From NCBI GenBank assembly GCA_002742885.1, contig PDOO01000031.1, forward strand, positions 10,119 through 74,118: a stretch of DNA of 64,000 nt, in the 5' to 3' direction. Below, piece after piece: positions 29,980 through 39,731 of the stretch. The notes under the pieces are model-generated. The model did no database searches. It saw only the letters and a list, made by a program, of their open reading frames with translations, and was not told the DNA's origin. This DNA comes from Candidatus Cloacimonadota bacterium. GTDB taxonomy: Bacteria; Cloacimonadota; Cloacimonadia; Cloacimonadales; GCA-2742885. The first letter of the stretch is position 1. Each line of letters begins with the position of its first letter. The translations under genes were made by a program, and so were the position numbers.

Positions 29980-32196
29980 TTATCTTCTTGAACCGTTGTC
30001 GCGTCCTCTTCCGCCTCTTCCGAAATCTTTGCGACCGTCTTTCGGTTTACCGCTTCTTTCCGGACGGGGTTTTCTTTCGGGAGCTTCTTCCAATTCAGGA
30101 TTTCCTTCGATATTTTTCATGGCAAGCTGGCTTTTGCCGTCTTTCAGTCCCATGAATTTAACTTTAATTTTTTGATTCATTTTTATCAATTCATCAGGAT
30201 GATTAAGTCTGTATTTAGACATCTGAGAAACATGAACCAGACCTTGTTTTCCGCCGAGATATTTTACGAATACTCCGTAAGGTTCGATTCTTACTATCTC
30301 GCCTTCAAAAATTTCTCCTGCTTCGGGTTCATGAGATAATTCATAAATCATTTTGCGAGCAATTGCAATACTTTCTCCGTCGGGCGAAGCTATTTTAACA
30401 GTTCCGTCTTCTTCTATGGATATATCGGCTTTGCTCATTTCGGTGATTTTTTTGATATTCTTTCCGCCCGGTCCGATAATTAAAGCAATTTGATCTACTC
30501 TTACTTTCATGGACTCGATGCGAGGGGCGTATTTGCAAAGATCACTGCGAGTTTCAGGAATGCAGGCTTCTATTTTATCCAAAATATAAAGTCTGGCAGC
30601 CAATGCTTTTGTCAGAGCAATTTCCATAATTTCGCGAGTTATTCCTTCTATTTTAATATCCATTTGCATGGCAGTAATTCCGTCTCTTGTTCCGGTAACT
30701 TTGAAGTCCATGTCTCCGAGGTGGTCTTCCATGCCCTGAATATCTGTCAAAACTTCAAACTCTTCGCCGTCCATAATTAAACCGTTGGCTATTCCGGCAA
30801 CCGGCTTTTTAAGAGGAACGCCGGCGGCAAGCAAAGACATTGTCCCGCTGCAAACAGTTGCCATAGAAGAAGATCCGTTTGATTCCAGAATATCGGACAC
30901 TATACGAATGGTATAAGGAAAATCATCTTTATCGGGCATCATGGGCAGAAGAGCTCTTTCTGCCAAAGCTCCGTGTCCGAGTTCTCTTCTGCCGGGAGCT
31001 CTCATAAATCCGGCTTCACCGACGCTGAAAGGAGGAAAATTATAGTGTAAAAAATAATTCTTTCTGTATTCTTCCGCCAAACCGTCTATAATTTGTTCAT
31101 CGCTCGGAGTTCCCAAAGTAACTGTGCCCAAAGATTGAGTTTCGCCTCTGGTAAACAAAGCCGATCCGTGAGTTCTGGGTAAAATATCAACTTCGCAGGT
31201 AATGGGACGAATTTCATCGAATTTTCTTCCGTCAACTCTGATTTTGTCTTTAATTACGGAATCACGGAAAAGTTTCTTTTCAAGTTCTTCCAAAGCTCTT
31301 GAATAATAATAACCTTTTTCTTCGAATTCTTCGCCGAGAATTTCTTCCGCTTTTTCTTTTATATCGGCTTTCAATCCGTCAAGCGCGGCATAACGATCTA
31401 ACTTTTCGGTAATTCTGAAAGCTTCTTTGATTTTTGTTGTATAATTTTCGGTTACGTAATCGGTTATATCTTCCGGAACAATATCGATTTCAAAAGTCAT
31501 TTTTTCTTTGCTTACTTCTGAGGAAAACTCATTTTGAAAACGACATATTTTTTGAATTTCTTCATGTCCTTGATAAATTGCGTCAATCATGACGGATTCG
31601 GAAACTTCAACTGCTCCTGCTTCAATCATAACTACGGATGATTCGGTTCCGGCAACAGAGAGTTCGAGTTTGGATTTTTCGAGAAGCTGAAGAGACGGCA
31701 TGGCGACTATTTCATCGTCAAAACAGCCCATGGTAATTCCGCCTATCGGTCCGTGGAACGGAATATCGCTGATTTGCAGAGCCAATGATGCTCCGATCAT
31801 TCCGAGAGGGGCGGGATCATTAATGCCGTCATAAGACAAGACATTGATAACCACGTGAACGGCATTCAAAAATCCGTCCGGGAAAAGAGGACGAATTGCT
31901 CTGTCGATAAGACGACTTGTTAATGTTGCGTTGACTGAAGGTTTGGCTTCTCTTTTGAAAAAACCTCCCGGAATTTTTCCGGCGGCATACATTTTTTCTA
32001 CATAGTCAACGGTTAAAGGGAAAAAATTTTGTCCGGGAGCAGCTTCGGAAGCTGCCGTAGCCGTTACTAAGAGAGAAGTCTCTCCGAGAGTGATAAAAAC
32101 AGAACCGTTAGCCTGTTTCGCCATTCTTCCCGTTTCAACCGTAAGAGTCGAACCGGCAAAATCTATAGATTTCTTGATAATATTAAAATTGTGCAT
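29980..32196 (-). CDS. pnp: polyribonucleotide nucleotidyltransferase (PNPase)
   Basis: Two RNase-PH-like domains plus KH and S1 regions are recognisable, followed by an Arg/Gly-rich tail. I prefer the ATG at 32196 (GGAGA 7 nt upstream) over the track's ATG at 32208. Confidence 0.95.
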   Translation of the reverse strand: MHNFNIIKKSIDFAGSTLTVETGRMAKQANGSVFITLGETSLLVTATAASEAAPGQNFFPLTVDYVEKMYAAGKIPGGFFKREAKPSVNATLTSRLIDRAIRPLFPDGFLNAVHVVINVLSYDGINDPAPLGMIGASLALQISDIPFHGPIGGITMGCFDDEIVAMPSLQLLEKSKLELSVAGTESSVVMIEAGAVEVSESVMIDAIYQGHEEIQKICRFQNEFSSEVSKEKMTFEIDIVPEDITDYVTENYTTKIKEAFRITEKLDRYAALDGLKADIKEKAEEILGEEFEEKGYYYSRALEELEKKLFRDSVIKDKIRVDGRKFDEIRPITCEVDILPRTHGSALFTRGETQSLGTVTLGTPSDEQIIDGLAEEYRKNYFLHYNFPPFSVGEAGFMRAPGRRELGHGALAERALLPMMPDKDDFPYTIRIVSDILESNGSSSMATVCSGTMSLLAAGVPLKKPVAGIANGLIMDGEEFEVLTDIQGMEDHLGDMDFKVTGTRDGITAMQMDIKIEGITREIMEIALTKALAARLYILDKIEACIPETRSDLCKYAPRIESMKVRVDQIALIIGPGGKNIKKITEMSKADISIEEDGTVKIASPDGESIAIARKMIYELSHEPEAGEIFEGEIVRIEPYGVFVKYLGGKQGLVHVSQMSKYRLNHPDELIKMNQKIKVKFMGLKDGKSQLAMKNIEGNPELEEAPERKPRPERSGKPKDGRKDFGRGGRGRDNGSRR

Positions 32197-32321
32197 AAAT
32201 TTCTCCATTTGTTATTTCACAAACGAACAGTTTGAAATGTGCGGATATTTTTGAATTTTCCTAAAAAGAAGGTCATTCCTTTTCGGAAAATTCAAAACCG
32301 GAAATCAAACTTTCGTCTGCT

Positions 32322-32347
32322 TAAAAAAGACGGGGCATAAAGCCCCT
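32322..32347 (-). terminator. rpsO terminator/attenuator hairpin ahead of pnp
   Basis: GGGGC/GCCCC stem followed by GUCUUUUUU on the - strand. It sits 7 nt after the rpsO stop. Confidence 0.7.
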
Positions 32348-32353
32348 TAATTA

Positions 32354-32623
32354 TTATCTTCTCAAGCCTAAAGCTTTAATGATTTTACGATATCTGGTAA
32401 TATCTTTTTTGGTTAAATAGTCAAGCAAACGTCTTCTTTGACCGATCAGCTTTAATAAATTTCTTCTTGTGTGGTAATCTTTTTGGTGAATTTTCAAGTG
32501 TTCGGTGATCAGCTTAATTCTGTTTGAGAGTAAAGCGATTTGTACTTCCGGTGAACCGGTATCTGAATCATGGAGTTTAAACTCTGCCATGATCGCCGTT
32601 TTAGCTTCTGGTGATAAAGCCAT
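32354..32623 (-). CDS. rpsO: 30S ribosomal protein S15
   Basis: 89 aa. The translation matches S15 ([13 protein letters not shown]...HLK.H.KD.HSRRGLL). Confidence 0.95.
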   Translation of the reverse strand: MALSPEAKTAIMAEFKLHDSDTGSPEVQIALLSNRIKLITEHLKIHQKDYHTRRNLLKLIGQRRRLLDYLTKKDITRYRKIIKALGLRR

Positions 32624-32895
32624 TGGGCACCTCCTGTATATTTTGATGTCTAAATCTTTTTTTGTATTAATATTGTAAAGATTTTTTATTGTTTTATTGA
32701 GAAAAAAATAAAAAATATTTTAAGGCTTATTATCCGGGAATATGCGTTTGAATAAATATAACTTTCCAAACTCGCCGGAAAAGGAGATTTCTCCAAAGAA
32801 TAAACTTATTAAAGTAAAGTCCGAGAATGCGAAAAAAGAACCGGAAAGCTCCGATATTGTTCTTAAGTTTAATTTTCTTGCATTTTTTTTATTTT

Positions 32896-32925
32896 TTGAT
32901 TTACAAAAAAAAGGCGATTTAAAAT
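32896..32925 (+). promoter_or_regulatory. putative sigma-70-type promoter of tRNA-Ser
   Basis: TTGATT, an 18-nt spacer, then TAAAAT, ending 12 nt before the tRNA 5' end. Pattern match only. Confidence 0.35.
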
Positions 32926-32937
32926 TTTGTTCAAAAC

Positions 32938-33031
32938 GGAGACGTGTCCGAGCCGGTTGAAGGAGCACGATTGGAAATCGTGTATACGGTCAAAAACTGT
33001 ATCCAGGGTTCGAATCCCTGCGTCTCCGCCA
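32938..33031 (+). tRNA. tRNA-Ser (anticodon GGA)
   Basis: 94 nt including CCA. Acceptor GGAGACG/CGTCTCC, anticodon stem CACGA/TCGTG with loop TTGGAAA, a long variable arm, and T-loop GGTTCGAATCC. Confidence 0.9.
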
Positions 33032-33287
33032 TTTTTTATCAATTATCTTAATACATTTATTTAGTTTTTTTACTTATTAACAAATAATTTTTTTCGTTCA
33101 AATTTATTATTTATTAAAATATTTTTTTTAATCAGTAATTTCCTTGTTTTGCAATAAAACATCAGTAAAATATAAACATTATCAATATGTTCGCATAAGA
33201 AAATGTATCTACACGTAAATTTAATTTGCTATTTTATTTTTATTGATTAAGCTTTACCATATAAAAAATAAAAATGGAGATAATTTT

Positions 33288-33749
33288 ATGAAAAAACAAG
33301 TTGATGAGCTGTTGAGCATCACTCAAAAATTGAATAATTTATTTGCCGACAGTGAATTTCTGCAACGTCATTGCATGAAAATAGGTCGCATGGAATGCCA
33401 ATTGTTACAATATCTCAATGAAATAAATAAACCCGTATGCATGAACGATTTGTCTGTACGCTTGGAAGTCTCGCACAGCAGAATAACTCGTATAGTGGAC
33501 AATTTGGTAAGAAAAAACTTTGTAAGTCGTTATCCGTCAAATATTGACAGGAGAAAATGGTTTACCCAAATAACGCCTAAAGGAGAAGAAATTGTTTCTC
33601 TTTCAGGTATAGAAAATATAGCTTTAATGAATAATGTCATAAAAAATTTCTCTGAAGAAGAAATTGACGACATGGTGATTTTATTAAATCGTTTTATAAA
33701 GTCATTTAATGAGGCTTTGGCAGAACTGGAACTTAAAAATAAAAAGTAG
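33288..33749 (+). CDS. MarR-family transcriptional regulator
   Basis: Winged-helix segment LSVRLEVSHSRITRIVDNLVRKNFVSRYPSNIDRR. ATG at 33288 with GGAGA upstream. The track's TTG extension is rejected. Confidence 0.75.
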   Translation: MKKQVDELLSITQKLNNLFADSEFLQRHCMKIGRMECQLLQYLNEINKPVCMNDLSVRLEVSHSRITRIVDNLVRKNFVSRYPSNIDRRKWFTQITPKGEEIVSLSGIENIALMNNVIKNFSEEEIDDMVILLNRFIKSFNEALAELELKNKK

Positions 33750-33764
33750 TTTAAGGGAGGAATT

Positions 33765-34193
33765 ATGGAACATAAAACCGTGCTTTCTTTTAAGGAAGGG
33801 ATGAAGTTTGAAGCAGAACTTAATAATCATAAATTTTATATCGATGCAGGAACGGAGTCAGGCGGAAATGACGAAGGTCCTCGTCCGAAAGGTCTGATGT
33901 TAACAGCATTAGCCGGTTGCACCGGAATGGACGTCGTTTCTATTTTGAGAAAAATGAGGGTTACTGATTTTAAACTTAATATTGAAGTCAAAGCGAGTCT
34001 TACGACCGACCATCCGGTTGTTTACGAAAATATTGATCTTTATTATATGTTTGAGGGCGAAAATTTGCCTAAAGATAAAATAATAAAAGCGGTTGATTTA
34101 TCGGAAAACAGATATTGCGGTGTATCAGCAATGCTTAAAAAAGCCGTTCCCATTAAAGCTCACATAATTTTTAACGGAGAAGAACATGAATAA
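33765..34193 (+). CDS. OsmC/Ohr-family protein
   Basis: 142 aa. LMLTALAGCTGMDVVSIL and the second Cys in ENRYCGV match the OsmC-like pattern. Confidence 0.75.
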   Translation: MEHKTVLSFKEGMKFEAELNNHKFYIDAGTESGGNDEGPRPKGLMLTALAGCTGMDVVSILRKMRVTDFKLNIEVKASLTTDHPVVYENIDLYYMFEGENLPKDKIIKAVDLSENRYCGVSAMLKKAVPIKAHIIFNGEEHE

Positions 34194-34635
34194 AATAACA
34201 CTCATCCTTATAATAATAGCCGTTTTTTCAATCGGCATGTTAACGGCAATCGTAAAATCAGATGTTACTTGGCTTACCGATATGGATGAAGCTGCCAAAA
34301 TATCTAAAGAAACACAAAAACCTATATTAATTGATTTTACCGGTTCGGATTGGTGCGGATGGTGCATAAAACTTGATCAGGAAGTATTTGAGAAAGAAGC
34401 TTTCAAAAAATATGCAAAAGATAATCTTGTTTTGGTAAAACTTGATTTTCCCAGTAAAATAAAACAATCGGAAGAAACCAAAAAGCACAACGAAAAATGG
34501 TTGGAAAAATACGGCGTAAGAGGTTTTCCCACCATTCTTTTAGTTGATCATGAGTTTAAGGTAATAAACCAAACCGGTTATCAAAGAGGCGGTGCGGAAG
34601 CTTACGTTAAACATTTACGGGAATTGCTGAAATAA
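34186..34635 (+). CDS. membrane-anchored thioredoxin-fold protein (CGWC active site)
   Basis: 149 aa with an N-terminal TM/signal anchor. FTGSDWCGWCIKL redox motif. Overlaps the osmC-like stop by 8 nt. Confidence 0.75.
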   Translation: MNKITLILIIIAVFSIGMLTAIVKSDVTWLTDMDEAAKISKETQKPILIDFTGSDWCGWCIKLDQEVFEKEAFKKYAKDNLVLVKLDFPSKIKQSEETKKHNEKWLEKYGVRGFPTILLVDHEFKVINQTGYQRGGAEAYVKHLRELLK

Positions 34636-34651
34636 TCTTAAAAACAAAAGA

Positions 34652-34685
34652 GGCTGTCCGGTACTTTCGGGACAGCTTTTTTTTA
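34652..34685 (+). terminator. rho-independent terminator (possibly bidirectional)
   Basis: GCTGTCC/GGACAGC stem followed by T8. An A-rich run precedes it. Confidence 0.85.
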
Positions 34686-34893
34686 TATTTATCCTGCGAG
34701 TCAGGGAACAGAAAATGTGAATTAAGCTTCAAGAAAATCTGCAAGCGGTTATGAGTTTAATGTTTCATATTGTCAGGCAACGAATCTTTCCCGGTGTTCT
34801 CTCAGAAGCCTGTGCCTTAAAGAAACGTTAACAGAAAAACAAAAGTTAAACACATATCAAATGAGTAAAAAACAGACCGGAGCATTAATTTTT

Positions 34894-36108
34894 TTATAAA
34901 ACTTTTTTACCTGCAACCAATAATTCTTTCAGACTTGCTTTGTCAGGCAAATACTGCATAGTTTGAATAATTTTACGGGCATTGTTGTATAGGGCGTAAT
35001 CTTTTATTTCCCAAAACGCCAAATCAGCCTGTTTCCCGACTTCTATGCTTCCGATTGAATCATGTTCGTTCAAAACCTTTGCCGATCCGAGAGTGGCGGA
35101 ATAAAAAGTTTTTTCCGGGGGAACATAATTTTTAATCTGCATATAATCCATTATTCTCATGTGATATGGCATGAACAGAGAACTTCCGGCTGCAACATCT
35201 GATCCCAAACCGAAGGACAGTTCTGCTTTTTCGATTTCTTTTAAAGGAAATATTCCGCTTTTTAAGAATAAATTAGATTCCGGACAATGAGCGATCTTGG
35301 TTCCCGTTTCAGCCATAATTTTTATTTCCCTTTCTTGGAGATGAAGACAATGAGCCATTATCGTGTTTTCTCCCAGCAACCCGTATTTAAGATAAACTTC
35401 CGTATAAGATTTACATTCCGGGAACAAATCTTTTACCCATAAATTTTCATTATGATTTTCTGAAAGATGAGATTGTATTTTTATTTTGTTTTTCAGGGCG
35501 TAATCACCGGTTTCTTTCATCAATTCTCGAGAGCAGACCGGAGCAAACCTGGGTGTGAAAATATAATTGAGCAAAGGTGTTTTTTGATGCCATTTTTCGA
35601 ACAAAGCAAAAGATATTCTCAAATTTTCTTCTGTTGAAGCGCAAAGTTTTTCGGGAGCGTTGCAATCCATTTGCACATTTCCCGCCCAAACTCTTATCCC
35701 GGCTTTTTCGGCTTGTCGAAAAGCAATATCGGTTGCTTTTTCCGAAGCGCTTACGTAAGCGATAACTGAAGTTGTGCCGCTTTTTTTTAATTCCGTGAAA
35801 AATTCTTCCGCAATCTTTTCCGCATAAGGAGGATTAAAAGATTTTATTTCTTCGGGAAATACATAATTGTTCAGCCAATCCAAAAGTTGAGGATTGGAAT
35901 TTCCTCTTGCTGAGAATTGAGAAAGATGAGCGTGCAGATCAATGAATCCCGGCGTACAAAGATAATCTGAATAATCGATAAAGTCTTTTCCGGAAGCTTT
36001 ATCGGAAACTGAAACAATAACGTCTCCTCTTATCTCCAAAAAACATTTTCGGATAAATTCTGCTTTCTCCGGCGATACGGGATTCAGAATACCTGTTTTT
36101 ATCAGCAT
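34894..36108 (-). CDS. amidohydrolase-superfamily protein (guanine-deaminase/chlorohydrolase-like)
   Basis: 404 aa. Metal-binding PGFIDLHAHLSQ, and later HLSE and HC..L segments. Exact substrate not assignable by eye. Confidence 0.65.
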   Translation of the reverse strand: MLIKTGILNPVSPEKAEFIRKCFLEIRGDVIVSVSDKASGKDFIDYSDYLCTPGFIDLHAHLSQFSARGNSNPQLLDWLNNYVFPEEIKSFNPPYAEKIAEEFFTELKKSGTTSVIAYVSASEKATDIAFRQAEKAGIRVWAGNVQMDCNAPEKLCASTEENLRISFALFEKWHQKTPLLNYIFTPRFAPVCSRELMKETGDYALKNKIKIQSHLSENHNENLWVKDLFPECKSYTEVYLKYGLLGENTIMAHCLHLQEREIKIMAETGTKIAHCPESNLFLKSGIFPLKEIEKAELSFGLGSDVAAGSSLFMPYHMRIMDYMQIKNYVPPEKTFYSATLGSAKVLNEHDSIGSIEVGKQADLAFWEIKDYALYNNARKIIQTMQYLPDKASLKELLVAGKKVL

Positions 36109-37350
36109 TTAATGTTTTTTCCGGGTTAATCTTATTTTTTCTATTTTACGATTGGTCACTTTTTCTATTTTAAAATTCCAGTCGGCAATTTGAAATTTTT
36201 CGTCTTTTACCGGAATTTTTTCCAAATGATCAATAATAAGTCCGGCAACAGTTTCGTAATCACCCTCCGGCAAATTCATGTCAAATTCGTCATTCAAGGT
36301 ATCCACGTCCACGTAACCGAAAACAATATAATTGTTCTCGTTTATTTTTTGAACTTCCGTATTTTCGGCTGAGTCGTATTCGTCTTCTATTTCTCCGACA
36401 ATTTCTTCGAGAATATCTTCGGTTGTTACTATGCCGGCTGTGCCTCCGTAAGAATCGACTACTACGGCAAGACTTTTTTTCTGGTTTTGCATTTCTTTTA
36501 AAACTGCATCTAAATCCATGGTTTCCGGAACATAAAGACTTTCTCTCACAAATTCTTTTGCGGTATGATTTTCTTTATCTTTGCAGGTTAAAAGATCATA
36601 GATTATTAAGATTCCCGTAATGTTGTCTATATTTTCCGAATAGACGGGAAATCTGGTGTAACCTTCTTTCTTGGCAACGGCGATAACTTCCGGCAAAGGA
36701 GTTGAGCTTTCCAAAGCAACTACTTCGGTTCTCGGTATCATAACGTTTTTTGCAACGGACTCTGAAAATTCCAGAGCATCTTCCAGCATTTCTTTTTGTT
36801 TGTCCTGTAATTTCAAATTATCTTTGCTGCTGGAAAACATGGCATGAATATCTTCTCTGGAAATTAAATCCAAATTTTTTTCGGTAATTTTCAGATATTT
36901 GGCGAGAAGCTTGTTGTACAAGGTTACCAAAAGAATAAAGGGTTTAAACAATACGGAGAAAAAGTTAATGAAAGGATAAGTCAGAGTTACCAGTCTCATG
37001 GGAAAATCACGATAAAGAGCTTTTGGTATAATTTCCGAAAAAATCAAAACTATGCCTGATAAGATCAATGAACTCTCCGTCTCGTTTAAACAGCCGATTT
37101 CATGTACGAAAACTCGCGCAAAAAGGGCGGATAAAGTTACGTTGGCGATGTTGTTTCCCGACAAAGTCAAACCGAAAAGTTTATTCGGATTATTTGTTAA
37201 ATCCAATATTTTCGCTTTACTTTTATCTTTATGAGAATCTTTTTCCAATTCCAGTTTATCTATGGAAACAAGTCCGGTTTCCAGTCCGGAAAATAAAGCT
37301 CCCATAAGCAAAAAAATAACGAGTAAAATTACAAGTACAGGTATCATCAT
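36109..37350 (-). CDS. CNNM/CorC-HlyC family protein (DUF21 TM domain + CBS pair + CorC_HlyC)
   Basis: 413 aa. N-terminal TM domain, then VMIPRTEVVAL, a CBS-pair region, and the C-terminal TVAGLIIDHLEKIP...KIEKIRL. Confidence 0.8.
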   Translation of the reverse strand: MMIPVLVILLVIFLLMGALFSGLETGLVSIDKLELEKDSHKDKSKAKILDLTNNPNKLFGLTLSGNNIANVTLSALFARVFVHEIGCLNETESSLILSGIVLIFSEIIPKALYRDFPMRLVTLTYPFINFFSVLFKPFILLVTLYNKLLAKYLKITEKNLDLISREDIHAMFSSSKDNLKLQDKQKEMLEDALEFSESVAKNVMIPRTEVVALESSTPLPEVIAVAKKEGYTRFPVYSENIDNITGILIIYDLLTCKDKENHTAKEFVRESLYVPETMDLDAVLKEMQNQKKSLAVVVDSYGGTAGIVTTEDILEEIVGEIEDEYDSAENTEVQKINENNYIVFGYVDVDTLNDEFDMNLPEGDYETVAGLIIDHLEKIPVKDEKFQIADWNFKIEKVTNRKIEKIRLTRKKH

Positions 37351-38417
37351 TAATTATCTATCATTTCTTGTTTATAGGCAAGCTTAAGAGCTTCGATAAA
37401 TTCTTCCAGTTCTCCAATCAAAACTCCGCTCAACTTATAAGAAGTTAGGTTAATTCTGTGATCTGTTACCCGAGACTGCGGAAAATTATAAGTCCTTATT
37501 TTGGCTGATCTGTCTCCGGAGCCGACTTGAGATTTTCTGGCATTTGCTCTCTCGGCTTGAGCTTTTTCTATTTCGTTTGCCAATAATCTTGAACGCAAGA
37601 CTTTCATGGCTTTGGTTTTATTTTTTAATTGAGATTTTTCATCCTGACAGGTAACGACCAAGCCTGTGGGGATGTGAGTAATGCGAACGGCTGAATCCGT
37701 GGTGTTGACGCTTTGTCCTCCGTGTCCGGAAGAGCGATAAACGTCTATGCGCAGATCATTGTCATTTATTTCGACATCAATTTCATCTGCTTCCGGTAAA
37801 ACTGCAACTGAAATGGCTGAGGTGTGAACTCGTCCGCTTGATTCCGTTTCTGGAACACGCTGTACGCGATGAACTCCTGATTCAAACTTCATTGTACCGT
37901 AAACATTTTCTCCCGAAAGAGAAAAAATAACTTCCTTAAAACCGCCTATTCCCGTTTCGTTGGATGAGACTTCGTTTTTTTTCCATCCTTTCTTTTCTGC
38001 AAAATAAGAGTACATACGGTATAAATCGGCGGCAAAGAGGGCAGCTTCCTCCCCTCCGGTTCCTGCTCTTATTTCGACAATACAATTCTTTTCGTCGTTG
38101 GGATCTTTCGGAGCCAGAAGGTCTTTAAGTTTTTCTTCCGATTCCGGCAATTGACTTTCCAAATCAGCAATATCTTCTTTTACCATTTCCAGCATATCGG
38201 GATCTTCTTCCGTGGAAAGCATTTCTTTATTTTCTTCTATTTGTTTGTTCAAATCCAATATTTTATCGTAACATTGCATGATAGCTTGCAATTCGTTAAA
38301 TCTTTTGGAAATTTTGCGATAACCTCTTTGATCGGACATTTCGGCAGGATCTATTACTCGCTTTTGCAATTCTTCGCATTCTTTCCTCAAAGCATCAAGT
38401 TTTTCTGCAGGAAACAT
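37350..38417 (-). CDS. prfA: peptide chain release factor 1
   Basis: 355 aa. GGQ motif (SGHGGQSVNTT) and an RF1-type tripeptide region RVQRVPETESSGRVHTS. Confidence 0.9.
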   Translation of the reverse strand: MFPAEKLDALRKECEELQKRVIDPAEMSDQRGYRKISKRFNELQAIMQCYDKILDLNKQIEENKEMLSTEEDPDMLEMVKEDIADLESQLPESEEKLKDLLAPKDPNDEKNCIVEIRAGTGGEEAALFAADLYRMYSYFAEKKGWKKNEVSSNETGIGGFKEVIFSLSGENVYGTMKFESGVHRVQRVPETESSGRVHTSAISVAVLPEADEIDVEINDNDLRIDVYRSSGHGGQSVNTTDSAVRITHIPTGLVVTCQDEKSQLKNKTKAMKVLRSRLLANEIEKAQAERANARKSQVGSGDRSAKIRTYNFPQSRVTDHRINLTSYKLSGVLIGELEEFIEALKLAYKQEMIDN

Positions 38418-39395
38418 TTATTTCTCCTTATTTTCTATAAAATTTACGTTTTTATGACCGGATAAATCCAATTCAAGGGCAACTTTTAAGGCTACCAGAG
38501 CTACTTCCAATTGTTTGTGATCAGGTTTCCTGGTGGTAATCCTTTGCAGGGCAAGACCGGGAGCGGTAAAAATTCTAACTGCGAAATTATTTATGTTTTT
38601 ACCTGAAAAACGCAAAATTTCATAAGAAATTCCGGAAACAAGAGGAATAAAAGGCAAATGATAAAGAACCCTGATCAGAGCAACGGGAGTGTAATTGAAA
38701 AATACCGCAACCAAGGTGTCTATAACCGAAAATAAAAATATGGAAACCAATAAAACCAAAAAAATGAAACTGGTTCCGCATCTCGGGTGTAAAGTAGAAT
38801 ATGCATCAACGGTTTCCGGTATTAATTTATCGTTTTTTTCGTAAGCGTAAACACTTTTATGTTCAGCTCCGTGGTATTCAAAAACCCTTCTGACATCTTT
38901 CATAAAACTGATAATCCAAACGTATAACACAAAGAATAAAATACGTATGGAACCTGCAACTGCATTGAAATAAACATTTTCTTTGCTTATATTCATAAAA
39001 TCGGCAATTTGATAAGGTAAATACATAAAAAATAAAAATGCCAGTCCGAAAGCAAAGATAAAACTCATAATCTCTTCGGTTTTTTCCTTAAATGGCGAGG
39101 ACTTTTTTTTCTTTTTTGCGGAGTTGTTTTCTTCTTTGAAATCTTCTTCGTAACGATTAGCCGAAAAAGTCAAAGATTTTATCCCGATTTTCATCATCTC
39201 TATAAGTGAAACAAATCCTCTGATAATCGGTAATCCGAAAAATTTATTGGAAGCAGTAACGCTTTTAAAAATTTCTTTGCAAACATCTATGGAACCGTTT
39301 TTACGTCGCACGGCAGTGGCAATATGCTCCGGTCCTCTCATCATAACGCCTTCTATAACCGCTTGACCGCCTACGGCAATTTCTTTTTTTTTCAT
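38418..39395 (-). CDS. DUF1385-family membrane protein
   Basis: 325 aa. N-terminus GGQAVIEGVMMRGP, later EYHGAEHK and HPRCGTSF. Confidence 0.75.
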   Translation of the reverse strand: MKKKEIAVGGQAVIEGVMMRGPEHIATAVRRKNGSIDVCKEIFKSVTASNKFFGLPIIRGFVSLIEMMKIGIKSLTFSANRYEEDFKEENNSAKKKKKSSPFKEKTEEIMSFIFAFGLAFLFFMYLPYQIADFMNISKENVYFNAVAGSIRILFFVLYVWIISFMKDVRRVFEYHGAEHKSVYAYEKNDKLIPETVDAYSTLHPRCGTSFIFLVLLVSIFLFSVIDTLVAVFFNYTPVALIRVLYHLPFIPLVSGISYEILRFSGKNINNFAVRIFTAPGLALQRITTRKPDHKQLEVALVALKVALELDLSGHKNVNFIENKEK

Positions 39396-39731
39396 GCAAT
39401 CCTCTTAAATTTCTCCGCATTGCGAAGCATTTTATAATTTAATTCAATTCCTTTAAAATAAAGAATTTAAATCATTTTTATTTTATTGATCCCAATATTT
39501 GTTTTCCTGTTATCTTGTCCAAAAAAAAATTAGAATACTGATTAATAAAGACATAAAAAACGGGAAAACTCAGTTTTCTAAAACTTTAATTAAATTACGG
39601 TTAAAATCTTTCTCGTAAAGAATAAGTTCCGATATTGTAAATCTCGTAAAATTGAACCTATGTTGTTTTTTTTATTTAACTCATTTGCAAAACATCAAGT
39701 TATGATTGTTGTTTGTATGATTTTATTATTT

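Noticed and set aside
32720-32968. Overlapping 82-aa (-) and 72-aa (+) ORFs in the rpsO/tRNA-Ser spacer
   Set aside because: They are mutually antisense, low-complexity and AT-driven, lack an SD, and run into the tRNA-Ser gene.
33032-34893. A tRNA-Ser-flanked + strand block (MarR/OsmC/Trx), considered as an integrated genomic island
   Set aside because: There is no integrase or mobility gene. The only similarity between the tRNA 3' end and the far boundary (around 34690) is a 6-7-nt match (CCTGCG), which is trivial.
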